Shown piece by piece: positions 9,322-18,467 of a stretch of 61,739 nt of DNA (position 1 is the first letter of the stretch; every line of letters begins with the position of its first letter). The position numbers and the translations under genes are program-made. Source of the DNA: Kiritimatiellia bacterium (lineage in GTDB: Bacteria > Verrucomicrobiota > Kiritimatiellia > RFP12 > UBA1067); the NCBI GenBank assembly GCA_018399555.1, contig JAGYOL010000001.1:1-61739 (forward strand). The letters are read 5' to 3'. The notes below the pieces were generated by a model. That model did no database searches. It had not been told where the DNA came from and saw only the letters and a program-made list of their open reading frames with translations.

Positions 9322-11010
9322 CTAGGCAAAGCCTTCGGCCTTGCGGCTGCGGCGTAATATCTCCGCAGTGACTGCATGCATGACTCTGGTGCGGTCGATA
9401 AAACCTGCCAGCTTCCGTGAGCCGGGCGAGTCAAAGACCGGCAGGTAATCGATCGGTATGCTGGCCATGCGTTCCAGCGTATCCTGAAGTTGATCGGTCA
9501 CCACAGCGTTGTCCTTCAAAGGCTCCATCAGATCGTGAGCCACCAGCAGCAGCTGCAGTTCATTTCTGGTCAGGGTGTTTTTGATTTCCTGGAAGGTGAT
9601 GATTCCGACAAACTCCCCCGACCGGTTGATCACCGGATAGCATAGGTAGTCGTTCTCACTGAAGGTATCCAGCACCTTGACCAGCGGTGCATACTCGTCG
9701 ATCGTCACCACATTTTTATCCATCACATCCGCAACGGTGTATGTCGCGATCAAATCTTCGATTGTAATATTGACGTTGGCCTCACCGGCTTTGTGCACAG
9801 CCATTTTAACGCACGGGGGCCCAAGCAGCTGCACCAGAAAGGTCGACGCGGTTACAACAATCACAATGGTCTGCCCGACCGATGCCAGTTCGCCGGTGAA
9901 CTGCTGACTGGCCAGGATCGAGAGTCCGATCGCAACACCCGCCTGACTGAACAGGCAGATTCCCAGATATTTACGAACACTTTCCGAAGCTCCGGCAAAG
10001 CCAGCCCCCCAACGCGAACCGTAGATTTTCCCCGCCGTGCGCCCTGCAACGTAAACAACCGCCAGAACCATCACCCACAACTCCATGTGAGCCAGTTTCA
10101 TTCTGGCACCGACCAGCACGAAGAAGAGCACATAGATCGGAGGAGCAAATTTTTCGACCAGACCGAAAGCACTTGTGCTGCGACGTGGAGCCAGATTCAC
10201 AAGCGTCATTCCCAGACTCATGGAGGACAGGATCGGATCCAGCTCCAGTAACCGGGCACAGCCGATCACCAGAAAAACCGCGCCGATCGTAAAGGTCAGC
10301 GCATTATCATGCTCTCTCAACCGCCGGATCATATAGTTGAGCAGCAGTCCGAAAGCGGTGCCGAGCAGAATTGAGCCACCCATTTCAAATAGCGGCACGG
10401 CCAATGAGCGCAGCAGTGAACTGTCGCCGTTTCCAAAAAGTGTAACCGAAAAACTCGCGCAAAGTCCATATAGAAGAAGTGCCAGTCCGTCATCCATGGC
10501 CACCAGTGCCATCACTGTTTTCGTCAGCGGCCCCCCTGCACGCGCTTCCCAGAGAACATCAACCGTCGCCGCCGGGGCGGTGGCGGAGGAAATGGCACCC
10601 AGCAGCAGTGCCAAGCCCAGCGACGCACGCCAATCCAACGCGATCAATCCCAGAGTATTCAACCCCAGACAACTGATGAACACCAGCAAGGTAACTGCCA
10701 GAAAAGCGCCCAGACCCTCGGCAAAAAGAATGATAAGAAACTGTTTGCCGAATTTCCTGAAAAGTCCGATCTTGAGCTCGCCGCCGATCATAAACCCGAT
10801 AATTCCCAGTGCCAGAAAATTAAAAGGGCTCATCTTGTCGATAACAGCCTGATCGATCAGAGAGAAACATGACTCGCCGAAAATCAAACCGATAACAATG
10901 TAGCCGACAACCTGCGGGAAACGGATTCTTTTAAATAAGCGGGCACCGAGAGTACCGCCGAAAATAGCGATTCCCATCAACAGCAGAATGTTTAAATGCA
11001 GATTTTCCAA
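9322..11010 (-). CDS. Cation:proton antiporter (Na+/H+ exchanger-type membrane domain) with C-terminal tandem CBS pair
   Basis: About 400 aa of hydrophobic helices starting MENLHLNILLLMGIAIFGG. The C-terminal CBS pair includes VADVMDKNVVTIDEY... and AHDLMEPLKDNAVV.... Confidence 0.8.
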   Translation of the reverse strand: MENLHLNILLLMGIAIFGGTLGARLFKRIRFPQVVGYIVIGLIFGESCFSLIDQAVIDKMSPFNFLALGIIGFMIGGELKIGLFRKFGKQFLIILFAEGLGAFLAVTLLVFISCLGLNTLGLIALDWRASLGLALLLGAISSATAPAATVDVLWEARAGGPLTKTVMALVAMDDGLALLLYGLCASFSVTLFGNGDSSLLRSLAVPLFEMGGSILLGTAFGLLLNYMIRRLREHDNALTFTIGAVFLVIGCARLLELDPILSSMSLGMTLVNLAPRRSTSAFGLVEKFAPPIYVLFFVLVGARMKLAHMELWVMVLAVVYVAGRTAGKIYGSRWGAGFAGASESVRKYLGICLFSQAGVAIGLSILASQQFTGELASVGQTIVIVVTASTFLVQLLGPPCVKMAVHKAGEANVNITIEDLIATYTVADVMDKNVVTIDEYAPLVKVLDTFSENDYLCYPVINRSGEFVGIITFQEIKNTLTRNELQLLLVAHDLMEPLKDNAVVTDQLQDTLERMASIPIDYLPVFDSPGSRKLAGFIDRTRVMHAVTAEILRRSRKAEGFA

Positions 11011-11026
11011 AATCGTTTCCTAAGCT

Positions 11027-11476
11027 TCAGACCGGACAGAGAATCTCGTAAACAGCCTGAGGCGAGTCACTCTCAAGAATTGCATTGCGGGAACTCTCAC
11101 TTTTCAGCACTGAAACAACATTGGCCAGCATCTTGATATAATCACCGTGTTGTGCAGGACCGGCCGCTATCATGGCGACTATTCTGACCGGCTCCTGATC
11201 GATCGAGGGATAATCGCATATCCCGGTTTTATGAACCCCCAAAGCCATGGTGAGTTGTTCAATTCCGTGAAGACGCACATGCGGCACTCCGATTCCCATG
11301 CCGATTCCGGTGCTCATCATCTCTTCACGCTGCAGAAAGGCCGCTTCAAGTTCGGCAGTCGAGGGCATCCCGGGGGTAGACCTTATAATCGGAGTAAGAA
11401 TATTGATCGCCCCGGCGCGAGTGTCACATTCCAGAAAGACTATCCTTTCAGGACTCAACGCATCTTTTATGGTCAT
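11027..11476 (-). CDS. PTS EIIA type-2 domain protein (PtsN / EIIA-Ntr-like regulator)
   Basis: 149 aa with active-site region GIGMGIGVPHVRL. It ends 16 nt upstream of the antiporter gene on the same strand. Confidence 0.8.
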   Translation of the reverse strand: MTIKDALSPERIVFLECDTRAGAINILTPIIRSTPGMPSTAELEAAFLQREEMMSTGIGMGIGVPHVRLHGIEQLTMALGVHKTGICDYPSIDQEPVRIVAMIAAGPAQHGDYIKMLANVVSVLKSESSRNAILESDSPQAVYEILCPV

Positions 11477-12046
11477 TTGCTTTTCCTATCGTAAATTCAA
11501 TCAGGCAACTCTTCGTCCAGAAGATCGCAATGCTCATATTTACGCAATGGAGCACCGACGGACGATTGATTCTGTGAGCTCAGGTTTATCTTGAAACCCT
11601 AATTTCTGTTTTCAGAAACAAAAACTCGTTTGATCGTATCACAATATGGGGTGCTTCTCAATATGCAAATGCGACCCGGTTTGATCCGGAAAATCGTTGC
11701 AGAAGTTGATTGAACAGCGACTAAAGCAGAACGCAAACATACAAGTGTGTACTACAAGCATGGAAACTTTTTTAGTACAGGCTTTAGCCTGCAAAGCGCA
11801 ACGATTAACAGATACGCCCATTTTGTCATCCAGCTCTTCCATTCTCTTTCTGCGTGGTTCTGTTAAAAAATATTTTATAGCTTGTCTTTTGAATTGAAAT
11901 TTGATAAGTAACTGCATGTGTCTGAGATCTGTATTGCGTTGTGCATCCTGCGTGTCGCTGATTAATTGAACGCGATGCCGCCGGAAAAAATGAACGTTTG
12001 TTGTCAGCCGTGTTGCGACTGACTTCCTGATGAGGGGAGTAGAATC

Positions 12047-14347
12047 ATGAAGCGGTTTCTTTTTTTCGTTTTTCTGCTGTATTCAACCGGTGATCTGGCC
12101 TCGCAAACCCTGCTTTGCAGTCAGAGTTTTGAAGATACTTCGTCCGATACCTGGCCCTACAACGCCACCCCTGCGGAGTACAATTCTGACGGCGACATCT
12201 GGGGTATCGTCACCGTCACCGACGACGACAACAAATATTTTAATCCCGCGCCGGACGGCGACCGATTCTGGGAGTTTTATGACATCGATGAAATCCCCGA
12301 CATGCCTGTTGATCAGGTCGCGCATCTGACATTTGAAACGGTCGATATATCAGAGTGCGGTGACTGCATGTTGAGCTTCAGCTACTGTAACCGCGGACTG
12401 GACACTGCGGATTTCACAGCCTACGCTGTCGCCCTTGATAACGGTACAGAGTGGGACGAAGTTGAACAGGTTATGCTCCCGAAACACTCTGAGTATAAGT
12501 CAGAGTGGTTTGCCGTTGAAATTATGCTGCCCGCCGAGGCTCAATTCTGCCGGCTGCGGTTTTCAGTCAGTGCCGACTATTCAGCCGATTGCGGCGGCTT
12601 CGATGATATCAGATTGACGGAATTGCCGGCTGACTACCCCTTTCTCAACATAGCCGCGCCGCAGAGCGGATATGTGGCGGATGCGGAACAAAGTGCGCTG
12701 TGCGTCAGCGGAACCTGCACCAACTGCGTCGGACGACTGAGCTGGAGCAACCTCACCAGTGGATTGTGCGGAACAATTGCGGCGACCTCAGAGTGGTGCA
12801 TTGCAGCTCTGCCGCTGACAACTGAGCGTAATTTCATAACTGTAAGCGGAACCAACAGCTCCGGAATCGTAACTGCGGATGAGGTGATAATCTACCGTGA
12901 TCCCGGAATTGTGATCGCCTTTACCGCATTCAATGCACAACGTGACGCCTTCGCCTTCGCGGCACTGAGTGAAATTCCGTCCGCTATGCGTATCATTTTC
13001 AGCGATGAAGAGTGGGACGGCACAAACTTTGTTTCACAGTCATACGAGGGGGATATCGTCTGGAACAGCGGATCGGGCCTTGCGCCGGGCAGCGTCGTTA
13101 TAATTGATTTTTGTGACAACACCGAAAACTGGAGTGCCTCACACGGACAAATTGAGAGTGTCGCTTCGAGACGCATGGATCTGGCGATGAGCGGCGAAGA
13201 TATCTACGCCTATCTCGGTGAACCGCGTGAGCCATTGCTTTTTCTGAGTGCGCTCAGCACTGCCGGCGGCGAGCTGGCTGGAACCGGACTATGCTACGGC
13301 GAAAGCGCAGTCGCCATACCTGCATCTCAAAGCAGCGGAGCGGAGTATGACGGCCCGCGTTGCGGATACGATTTCTATGGGCAGTATCGCCCGTTGCTCT
13401 GCGATCATGACAACTGGAAAACTCTGGCACTTGCGCCGAATGCGGCTGGCTTTGCGGCCGGGGACGATCCTGCCACAGCTTCCATCTCCATTTTAACGCC
13501 GGAAATCGGAAACTTTGTGGATTACACCGTGCCGGTAATCGCCGTGAGCGGTACGGTAGCAAACGCGGTCGGACATATCGTCTGGAGCAATGCGGCCAAC
13601 GGTGCCAACGGAGAGGTCGCGGTTGAAAATCCTTGGAGCATTGATAACGTTGCACTTGAGCCGGGAGAAAACATTCTGACTGTTACCGCCACCAACAGTG
13701 CCGACAACGCGACAGCCGCCAGCATTAAAGCGGTCCGCGGCCTTTTACTCGACAACAGCCTGGCCGGCGCAATCACCTTCACCGCTTTCAATTCGGCAAC
13801 CGACTCATTCTCGTTCGTCGCAATTCACGACCTGCCGCAGGATACCATCATTCGCTTCACCGACGAAGAGTGGGACAGAATCGCCTTCGGAACAGGTGAA
13901 GATGATCTTGTCTGGAGTAGCCTCGCGCCTGTAGCCGCCGGAACGCTCATCGCAATAACCAACTGCGAATCCAGCGCGACCGTCGGCGCAACCGAGGGAG
14001 TAGTTATATCCGGCAGATTGTCGATTTCACAAAACGGTGAGGATATTTATGCCTACCAGGGAATTGCCGCCAGAGAGCCGAGCGCATTCCTGGCTGCCGT
14101 CAGCACCGGGAACGGTGATCTGCGCGGCACCGGACTGCACTATGGAGAAACGGCTGTCGCATTGGAAAAGAATCCGACCGCTCAGTGCTACTGCGGCGAC
14201 CGCAGCGGTGTGCAAAGTTGGAACAACTATCTGTTGCTGGCAAACAACTCAGAGAACTGGAGCATACCTGCAGAAGATGAACCACCCTGGGGTTCAACCA
14301 CCGCATTCAGCATCATCAAAGCGGCGACGGTACTGTTGCTGCGATAA
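12047..14347 (+). CDS. Secreted hypothetical protein: N-terminal jelly-roll-like domain plus a duplicated (Ig-like + ~185-aa) unit
   Basis: Signal peptide MKRFLFFVFLLYSTGDLASQ with GGGGAG upstream of the ATG. The internal duplication covers aa 198-465 versus 478-745, for example IAFTAFNAQRDAFAFAALSEIPSAMRIIFSDEEWDG versus ITFTAFNSATDSFSFVAIHDLPQDTIIRFTDEEWD, and GEDIYAYLG versus GEDIYAYQG. Confidence 0.7.
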   Translation: MKRFLFFVFLLYSTGDLASQTLLCSQSFEDTSSDTWPYNATPAEYNSDGDIWGIVTVTDDDNKYFNPAPDGDRFWEFYDIDEIPDMPVDQVAHLTFETVDISECGDCMLSFSYCNRGLDTADFTAYAVALDNGTEWDEVEQVMLPKHSEYKSEWFAVEIMLPAEAQFCRLRFSVSADYSADCGGFDDIRLTELPADYPFLNIAAPQSGYVADAEQSALCVSGTCTNCVGRLSWSNLTSGLCGTIAATSEWCIAALPLTTERNFITVSGTNSSGIVTADEVIIYRDPGIVIAFTAFNAQRDAFAFAALSEIPSAMRIIFSDEEWDGTNFVSQSYEGDIVWNSGSGLAPGSVVIIDFCDNTENWSASHGQIESVASRRMDLAMSGEDIYAYLGEPREPLLFLSALSTAGGELAGTGLCYGESAVAIPASQSSGAEYDGPRCGYDFYGQYRPLLCDHDNWKTLALAPNAAGFAAGDDPATASISILTPEIGNFVDYTVPVIAVSGTVANAVGHIVWSNAANGANGEVAVENPWSIDNVALEPGENILTVTATNSADNATAASIKAVRGLLLDNSLAGAITFTAFNSATDSFSFVAIHDLPQDTIIRFTDEEWDRIAFGTGEDDLVWSSLAPVAAGTLIAITNCESSATVGATEGVVISGRLSISQNGEDIYAYQGIAAREPSAFLAAVSTGNGDLRGTGLHYGETAVALEKNPTAQCYCGDRSGVQSWNNYLLLANNSENWSIPAEDEPPWGSTTAFSIIKAATVLLLR

Positions 14348-14359
14348 AAGATCAGACCA

Positions 14360-14839
14360 TCAGCGCTGCTGCTCTTCGGAAATCAACGTCTGCATACGGT
14401 TGATTGTGCCTACAAAATCAGAGTTCTGCTTGAGCAGTGTCTGGCACATGGTCACCAGTTCAGCGCAGCGGTGAAGCGTTGTAATGCGCGATTTCTCAAG
14501 TTCCTTGCGACGCAGCTTGAGACTCTCGACACTCTCTTCGAGCGTTGCGATGTGCTGTTCGGATTTAAGCAGCATCCGGCGTGTCTGAAAGAGCTGCGCA
14601 AGCACCTCTCCCGCCGAGAGATCAAGATCATCAATGTTCATTCCGGTCGGGATCGGTACAGTCACCGGCTGTTTGCACTCGACACATTCGATCTCTAAAC
14701 CGGCTCCTCTGTAATCAATCACCAAGCTGTGATGGCAGTGCGGACATTCAAAAACGATGTCTGTTGCCTGTATAACCTCCTCTTCAGCCGCACTTTGTAC
14801 GCTCTGTGGCACCGGAAGTTGCTCTTTTATCCTGTCCAT
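14360..14839 (-). CDS. Hypothetical zinc-ribbon + coiled-coil protein
   Basis: ATG 14839 is preceded by AAGGAGG. The ribbon motif is CPHCHHSL...CVECKQPV, followed by a heptad-like helical C-terminus. It lies 35-65 nt downstream of rpmB on the same strand. Confidence 0.6.
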   Translation of the reverse strand: MDRIKEQLPVPQSVQSAAEEEVIQATDIVFECPHCHHSLVIDYRGAGLEIECVECKQPVTVPIPTGMNIDDLDLSAGEVLAQLFQTRRMLLKSEQHIATLEESVESLKLRRKELEKSRITTLHRCAELVTMCQTLLKQNSDFVGTINRMQTLISEEQQR

Positions 14840-14904
14840 AACGCCTCCTTGAGTCGCCAGATTATACACGCATACAGATTAACGGCTGATCAAAACCGGC
14901 AAGA

Positions 14905-15135
14905 TCAGGGTTTGACCACCTTACCGGCTTTGATGCAGGACGCACAAACCTTCATGCGTGTAACACCACCGCTGGCGGTCCTCGCACGAACCAATTTAAT
15001 GTTCGGCAGAAACCGTCGTTTTGAAATACCGGTCGTGTGCAGGCCGATACCTCCCTTATATTTCGCAAGACCGTGACGAATAATGGAATTTCCCGTCCGG
15101 GGGCCTTTTCCGCATATTTCGCAAACTTTTGACAT
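14905..15135 (-). CDS. rpmB: 50S ribosomal protein L28 (Cys-containing, zinc-type form)
   Basis: MSKVCEICGKGPRTGNSI...RRFLPNI...CASCIKAGKV with an AGGAGA Shine-Dalgarno upstream. The ORF-track start at 15174 is an upstream extension. Confidence 0.9.
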   Translation of the reverse strand: MSKVCEICGKGPRTGNSIIRHGLAKYKGGIGLHTTGISKRRFLPNIKLVRARTASGGVTRMKVCASCIKAGKVVKP

Positions 15136-15389
15136 AACTCTATCTCCTACTCGAAAAGGGGTGAATGGTAACATTTTTAATCACCCCCTTCAAGGGCAAA
15201 CGAAGTTTTTTTCATTTACGAAATTCCTCTGGTCAATACTTTATAAATATTCGGAGTGTTTAACAAGAGATAAAAGAATTTTTCTGCAATCCTATCTTCA
15301 ATAATTTAAATTATTTATTGGGCAATAATTCAATCCGCTTTGATTTCACTGATTGATCCGCAACGGGAGAAGCGTTATAGTTAGACGTT

Positions 15390-16343
15390 ATGGAAGAAAG
15401 AGTGTTGGCAGTGGAGGATTTGGCGATTGAATTTCGGCGTGAAGGCAGTTCAACTGTGCCGGTACGCTCGGTTTCATTCGATATCCGGGCCAACGAAAAG
15501 ATCGCGCTGGTTGGTGAAAGCGGCTGCGGCAAGAGCCTAACGGCTCTGGCACTGACACGTCTTTCGCCGGTTGACCGGGCAAAGGTCAGCGGTTCGATTT
15601 ATTACAGAGGCCGAAAGCTGACCAAACCGGAAGATTTCAGAAAACTGCGCGGCGGCGGAATAGCTTATGTTTTTCAGGATCCCGGCGCAACGCTTAATCC
15701 GGTGATGCGTGTGAGAGACCAGATGGCGGAATCACTGCGCTCACTGCCGCGTAACAGGCGGTTGCAACGAAGCCTTGAACTTCTGAAACGCACCGGTCTG
15801 CCGGACCCCGTACGGGCAGCGAAAGCATTTCCCTGCGAATTAAGTGGTGGTCAACAGCAGCGTGTTACGCTGGCAATGGCGCTGGCCTCCGATCCGCGCC
15901 TGCTGGTGGCCGATGAGCCCACCACCGCTCTGGATGTGACCACGCAGAAGCAGGTGCTTGACCTGATCGATGAACTGGCGGCAGCCTCCGGCATGGCTGT
16001 TCTTTTAATTACCCACAATCTGGGACTGGTAGCGGGTCATATGAACAGAGTCAATGTGATGTATGCCGGCACCATTGTCGAAAGTGGCACTGTTGGTGAC
16101 GTGCTACGTCAGCCGCACCACCCCTACACGCGTGGCCTGCTTGACGCTGTTCCGATGCTCGACACGCCGCGCGAACAGACCCTGCGCGACATTCCCGGAA
16201 CGGTGCCCTCTCCGGATCAATGGCCTGCGGGATGCGCATTCGAACCGCGCTGCGGCAGAGCTTTGGAAATCTGCTCTAAGCAGACTCCGCCACTTGAGAT
16301 CAACCACACCAGAACAATCTGCTGTTTCAATCCGGAGCAATAA
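15390..16343 (+). CDS. ABC transporter ATP-binding protein, oligopeptide/dipeptide DppD/OppD type
   Basis: Walker A GESGCGKS, signature LSGGQQQRV, Walker B LLVADEPTTALD, and an oligopeptide-type C-terminal extension (HPYTRGLL). Confidence 0.85.
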   Translation: MEERVLAVEDLAIEFRREGSSTVPVRSVSFDIRANEKIALVGESGCGKSLTALALTRLSPVDRAKVSGSIYYRGRKLTKPEDFRKLRGGGIAYVFQDPGATLNPVMRVRDQMAESLRSLPRNRRLQRSLELLKRTGLPDPVRAAKAFPCELSGGQQQRVTLAMALASDPRLLVADEPTTALDVTTQKQVLDLIDELAAASGMAVLLITHNLGLVAGHMNRVNVMYAGTIVESGTVGDVLRQPHHPYTRGLLDAVPMLDTPREQTLRDIPGTVPSPDQWPAGCAFEPRCGRALEICSKQTPPLEINHTRTICCFNPEQ

Positions 16344-16349
16344 AATATA

Positions 16350-17165
16350 ATGGCCAGATTCAGAAATACCCCTGTTCTCGAACTGCGTGAGCTAGCGGTT
16401 GTTTACAAAAGCCGCGGCCAACCCCCGCTCCAGGCGGTCAAAAAGGTTTCTCTGAGTGTCAGGCGCGGCAGATCGCTCGGAATTGTCGGGGAGAGCGGCT
16501 GCGGCAAAACCTCACTGGCACGCGCTATCACCGGCATCATCAGAGCACACTCCGGCTCTCTGCTTTTTGAGGGAGGCGATGTATCGCGGCTCGATACACA
16601 CGGACGCCGCCTTTACCGCCGCAAGGTGCAGATGATTTTTCAGGATGCCAGCGGCTCACTGAATCCGCGCATGACCGCACGTCAGACACTGGCGGAGGTC
16701 TTCACGGTGCACCGGTTGTGCTCACAGGATCAAATCGGGCAGAGCGTTGAAGAGCTGCTGGAAAGAGTTGCGTTGCCGCTGAAACTGCTGGATGCCTATC
16801 CGCGTGAAATGAGCGGCGGACAATGCCAGAGGGTCAGTATTGCCCGCTGCCTGGCCCTGCAACCTGAGCTGATCATCGCCGATGAGCCGGTCAGCGCACT
16901 GGATGTCTCGGTGCAGGCCCGCATTCTGAATCTGCTGCGTGTACTGCAGCTCGAACTGCACCTGACTATGATTATGATTTCGCACGATCTGGCGGTGGTC
17001 CGTCACGTCTGCGATGAGGTGGCCGTGATGCACAACGGCGAACTGGTAGAGAGCGGTCCGACCGTCTCCGTGCTTGAACGTCCGCACCACAGCTATACGC
17101 GGAAACTGCTCGCCGCAGTGCCCGATGTCAACCGCGCTCTGAACGCTCGGAGCGGACAACTCTAA
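16350..17165 (+). CDS. ABC transporter ATP-binding protein, oligopeptide/dipeptide DppF/OppF type
   Basis: Walker A GESGCGKT, signature MSGGQCQRVSIARCLA, Walker B IIADEPVSALD, and HHSYTRKLL. Confidence 0.85.
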   Translation: MARFRNTPVLELRELAVVYKSRGQPPLQAVKKVSLSVRRGRSLGIVGESGCGKTSLARAITGIIRAHSGSLLFEGGDVSRLDTHGRRLYRRKVQMIFQDASGSLNPRMTARQTLAEVFTVHRLCSQDQIGQSVEELLERVALPLKLLDAYPREMSGGQCQRVSIARCLALQPELIIADEPVSALDVSVQARILNLLRVLQLELHLTMIMISHDLAVVRHVCDEVAVMHNGELVESGPTVSVLERPHHSYTRKLLAAVPDVNRALNARSGQL

Positions 17166-17208
17166 ACAGAACCCAGATAAATGAAGAATAGCAAAAAAGG
17201 GAATCTTT

Positions 17209-17826
17209 TTGAATATGGCTGCAACAACAACGCCATCGAAACCGCCGCTGATTCTCGGCTCGGCCTCGCCGCGCCGCAGAAAAATTCTGGAGCGCATCAC
17301 CACCGATTTCCAGGTTGAGCGGGTGGACGTTGACGAGCTGCACGACGCGACAGACCCGGTTTACAGTGTGACCCACAATGCGCTGCTCAAATACGAAGCA
17401 TGCCGGGAGCGCTTTGCTGACGCCGCGATTATCACTGCTGACACCCTGGTGTGGTTCAACGGCAGATTGATAGGCAAACCGGAAACACTCGCGCAGGCTG
17501 AAGAGTTTCTGACCCTCTTCTCCGGTAATTCGCAGATCGTCTTCACCGCCGTTGCCATGGGTTTGCCACAGGACAAAAAAACTGAACTCAGGGTCGCGGC
17601 GTCATCGGTGCATTTCAAAGAGCTGACCAGCGATCTGATCCGAAAATATCTGCGCCGTACCAGACCGCTCGACAGAGCCGGTGCTTACGATATCGATGAG
17701 AACGGCGAACTGCTCATCGAGCGGTGGAGCGGCTCATATAGCAATATCATGGGCATGCCGCTCGGCTGCGTTACCGACTGGCTGCGCTCCAGATCGCTCT
17801 GCTCTGCTGAAAATTCCGTTTATTGA
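17209..17826 (+). CDS. maf: Maf-like nucleoside triphosphate pyrophosphatase
   Basis: LILGSASPRRRKILE N-terminal signature, ~200 aa, with GAYDIDE near the C-terminus. Confidence 0.85.
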   Translation: MNMAATTTPSKPPLILGSASPRRRKILERITTDFQVERVDVDELHDATDPVYSVTHNALLKYEACRERFADAAIITADTLVWFNGRLIGKPETLAQAEEFLTLFSGNSQIVFTAVAMGLPQDKKTELRVAASSVHFKELTSDLIRKYLRRTRPLDRAGAYDIDENGELLIERWSGSYSNIMGMPLGCVTDWLRSRSLCSAENSVY

Positions 17827-17849
17827 TACCACCGCATTTCAGCGACAAC

Positions 17850-18467
17850 TTAACTTTTTCTGAGTGACTTTTTCAGATAAGGCATATATTCACGGGTATA
17901 GGTGAACATCGACCCCAGATTTATCACGATCAGAAACGCTTCGAGAATAAAAATCAACGCCTGCGGCAGGAATGCGGGACGCAGTGCGGCGTATACATAA
18001 ATCACACAGGCAATCGGAAAACTGGCGGCCGTGCGGAACTTACCCATCCAGTTTGCCCGGCAATCAGCCCCGTACAGACTTCCCACCGACCTCAGAAAAG
18101 TCACCCATTGATCACGCAATATGTACAGCACCGTGAAAAAAAGCATGATCAACGCATGAATACTCTCGCTTGCATCGCGCCCGAGCAGCCACAATAGAGT
18201 CGGAAAAACAACCAGATAAAATACCTTGTCCATCAGAGGATCAGCCATTGCACCGAATTTTGAAACCACTCCCCACTTGCGTGCCAGTTGTCCGTCAAAA
18301 AGATCGGTCAGCGCCGCCACCGCCAGTGAAACAGTTCCTAGAATAGCCAGTAGCCGATGCGCCGGATTGTAGGCATGCGCCACCGCCAATGCCATAAAAA
18401 TAACAATAAAAGGTACCCTTGCGAAGGTTATGACATTTACAATGAGTAATCCGCGCTTCTGATCCAT
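17850..18467 (-). CDS. CDP-alcohol phosphatidyltransferase (PgsA-like)
   Basis: Family motif DLFDGQLARKWGVVSKFGAMADPLMDK in a multi-pass membrane protein. Confidence 0.8.
   Translation of the reverse strand: MDQKRGLLIVNVITFARVPFIVIFMALAVAHAYNPAHRLLAILGTVSLAVAALTDLFDGQLARKWGVVSKFGAMADPLMDKVFYLVVFPTLLWLLGRDASESIHALIMLFFTVLYILRDQWVTFLRSVGSLYGADCRANWMGKFRTAASFPIACVIYVYAALRPAFLPQALIFILEAFLIVINLGSMFTYTREYMPYLKKSLRKS

Noticed and set aside
11639-11917. 92-aa ORF (and the overlapping 66-aa plus-strand ORF) in the AT-rich gap
   Set aside because: There is no ribosome-binding site, composition is odd, and the two ORFs overlap each other on opposite strands. I treat the region as non-coding until expression data say otherwise.
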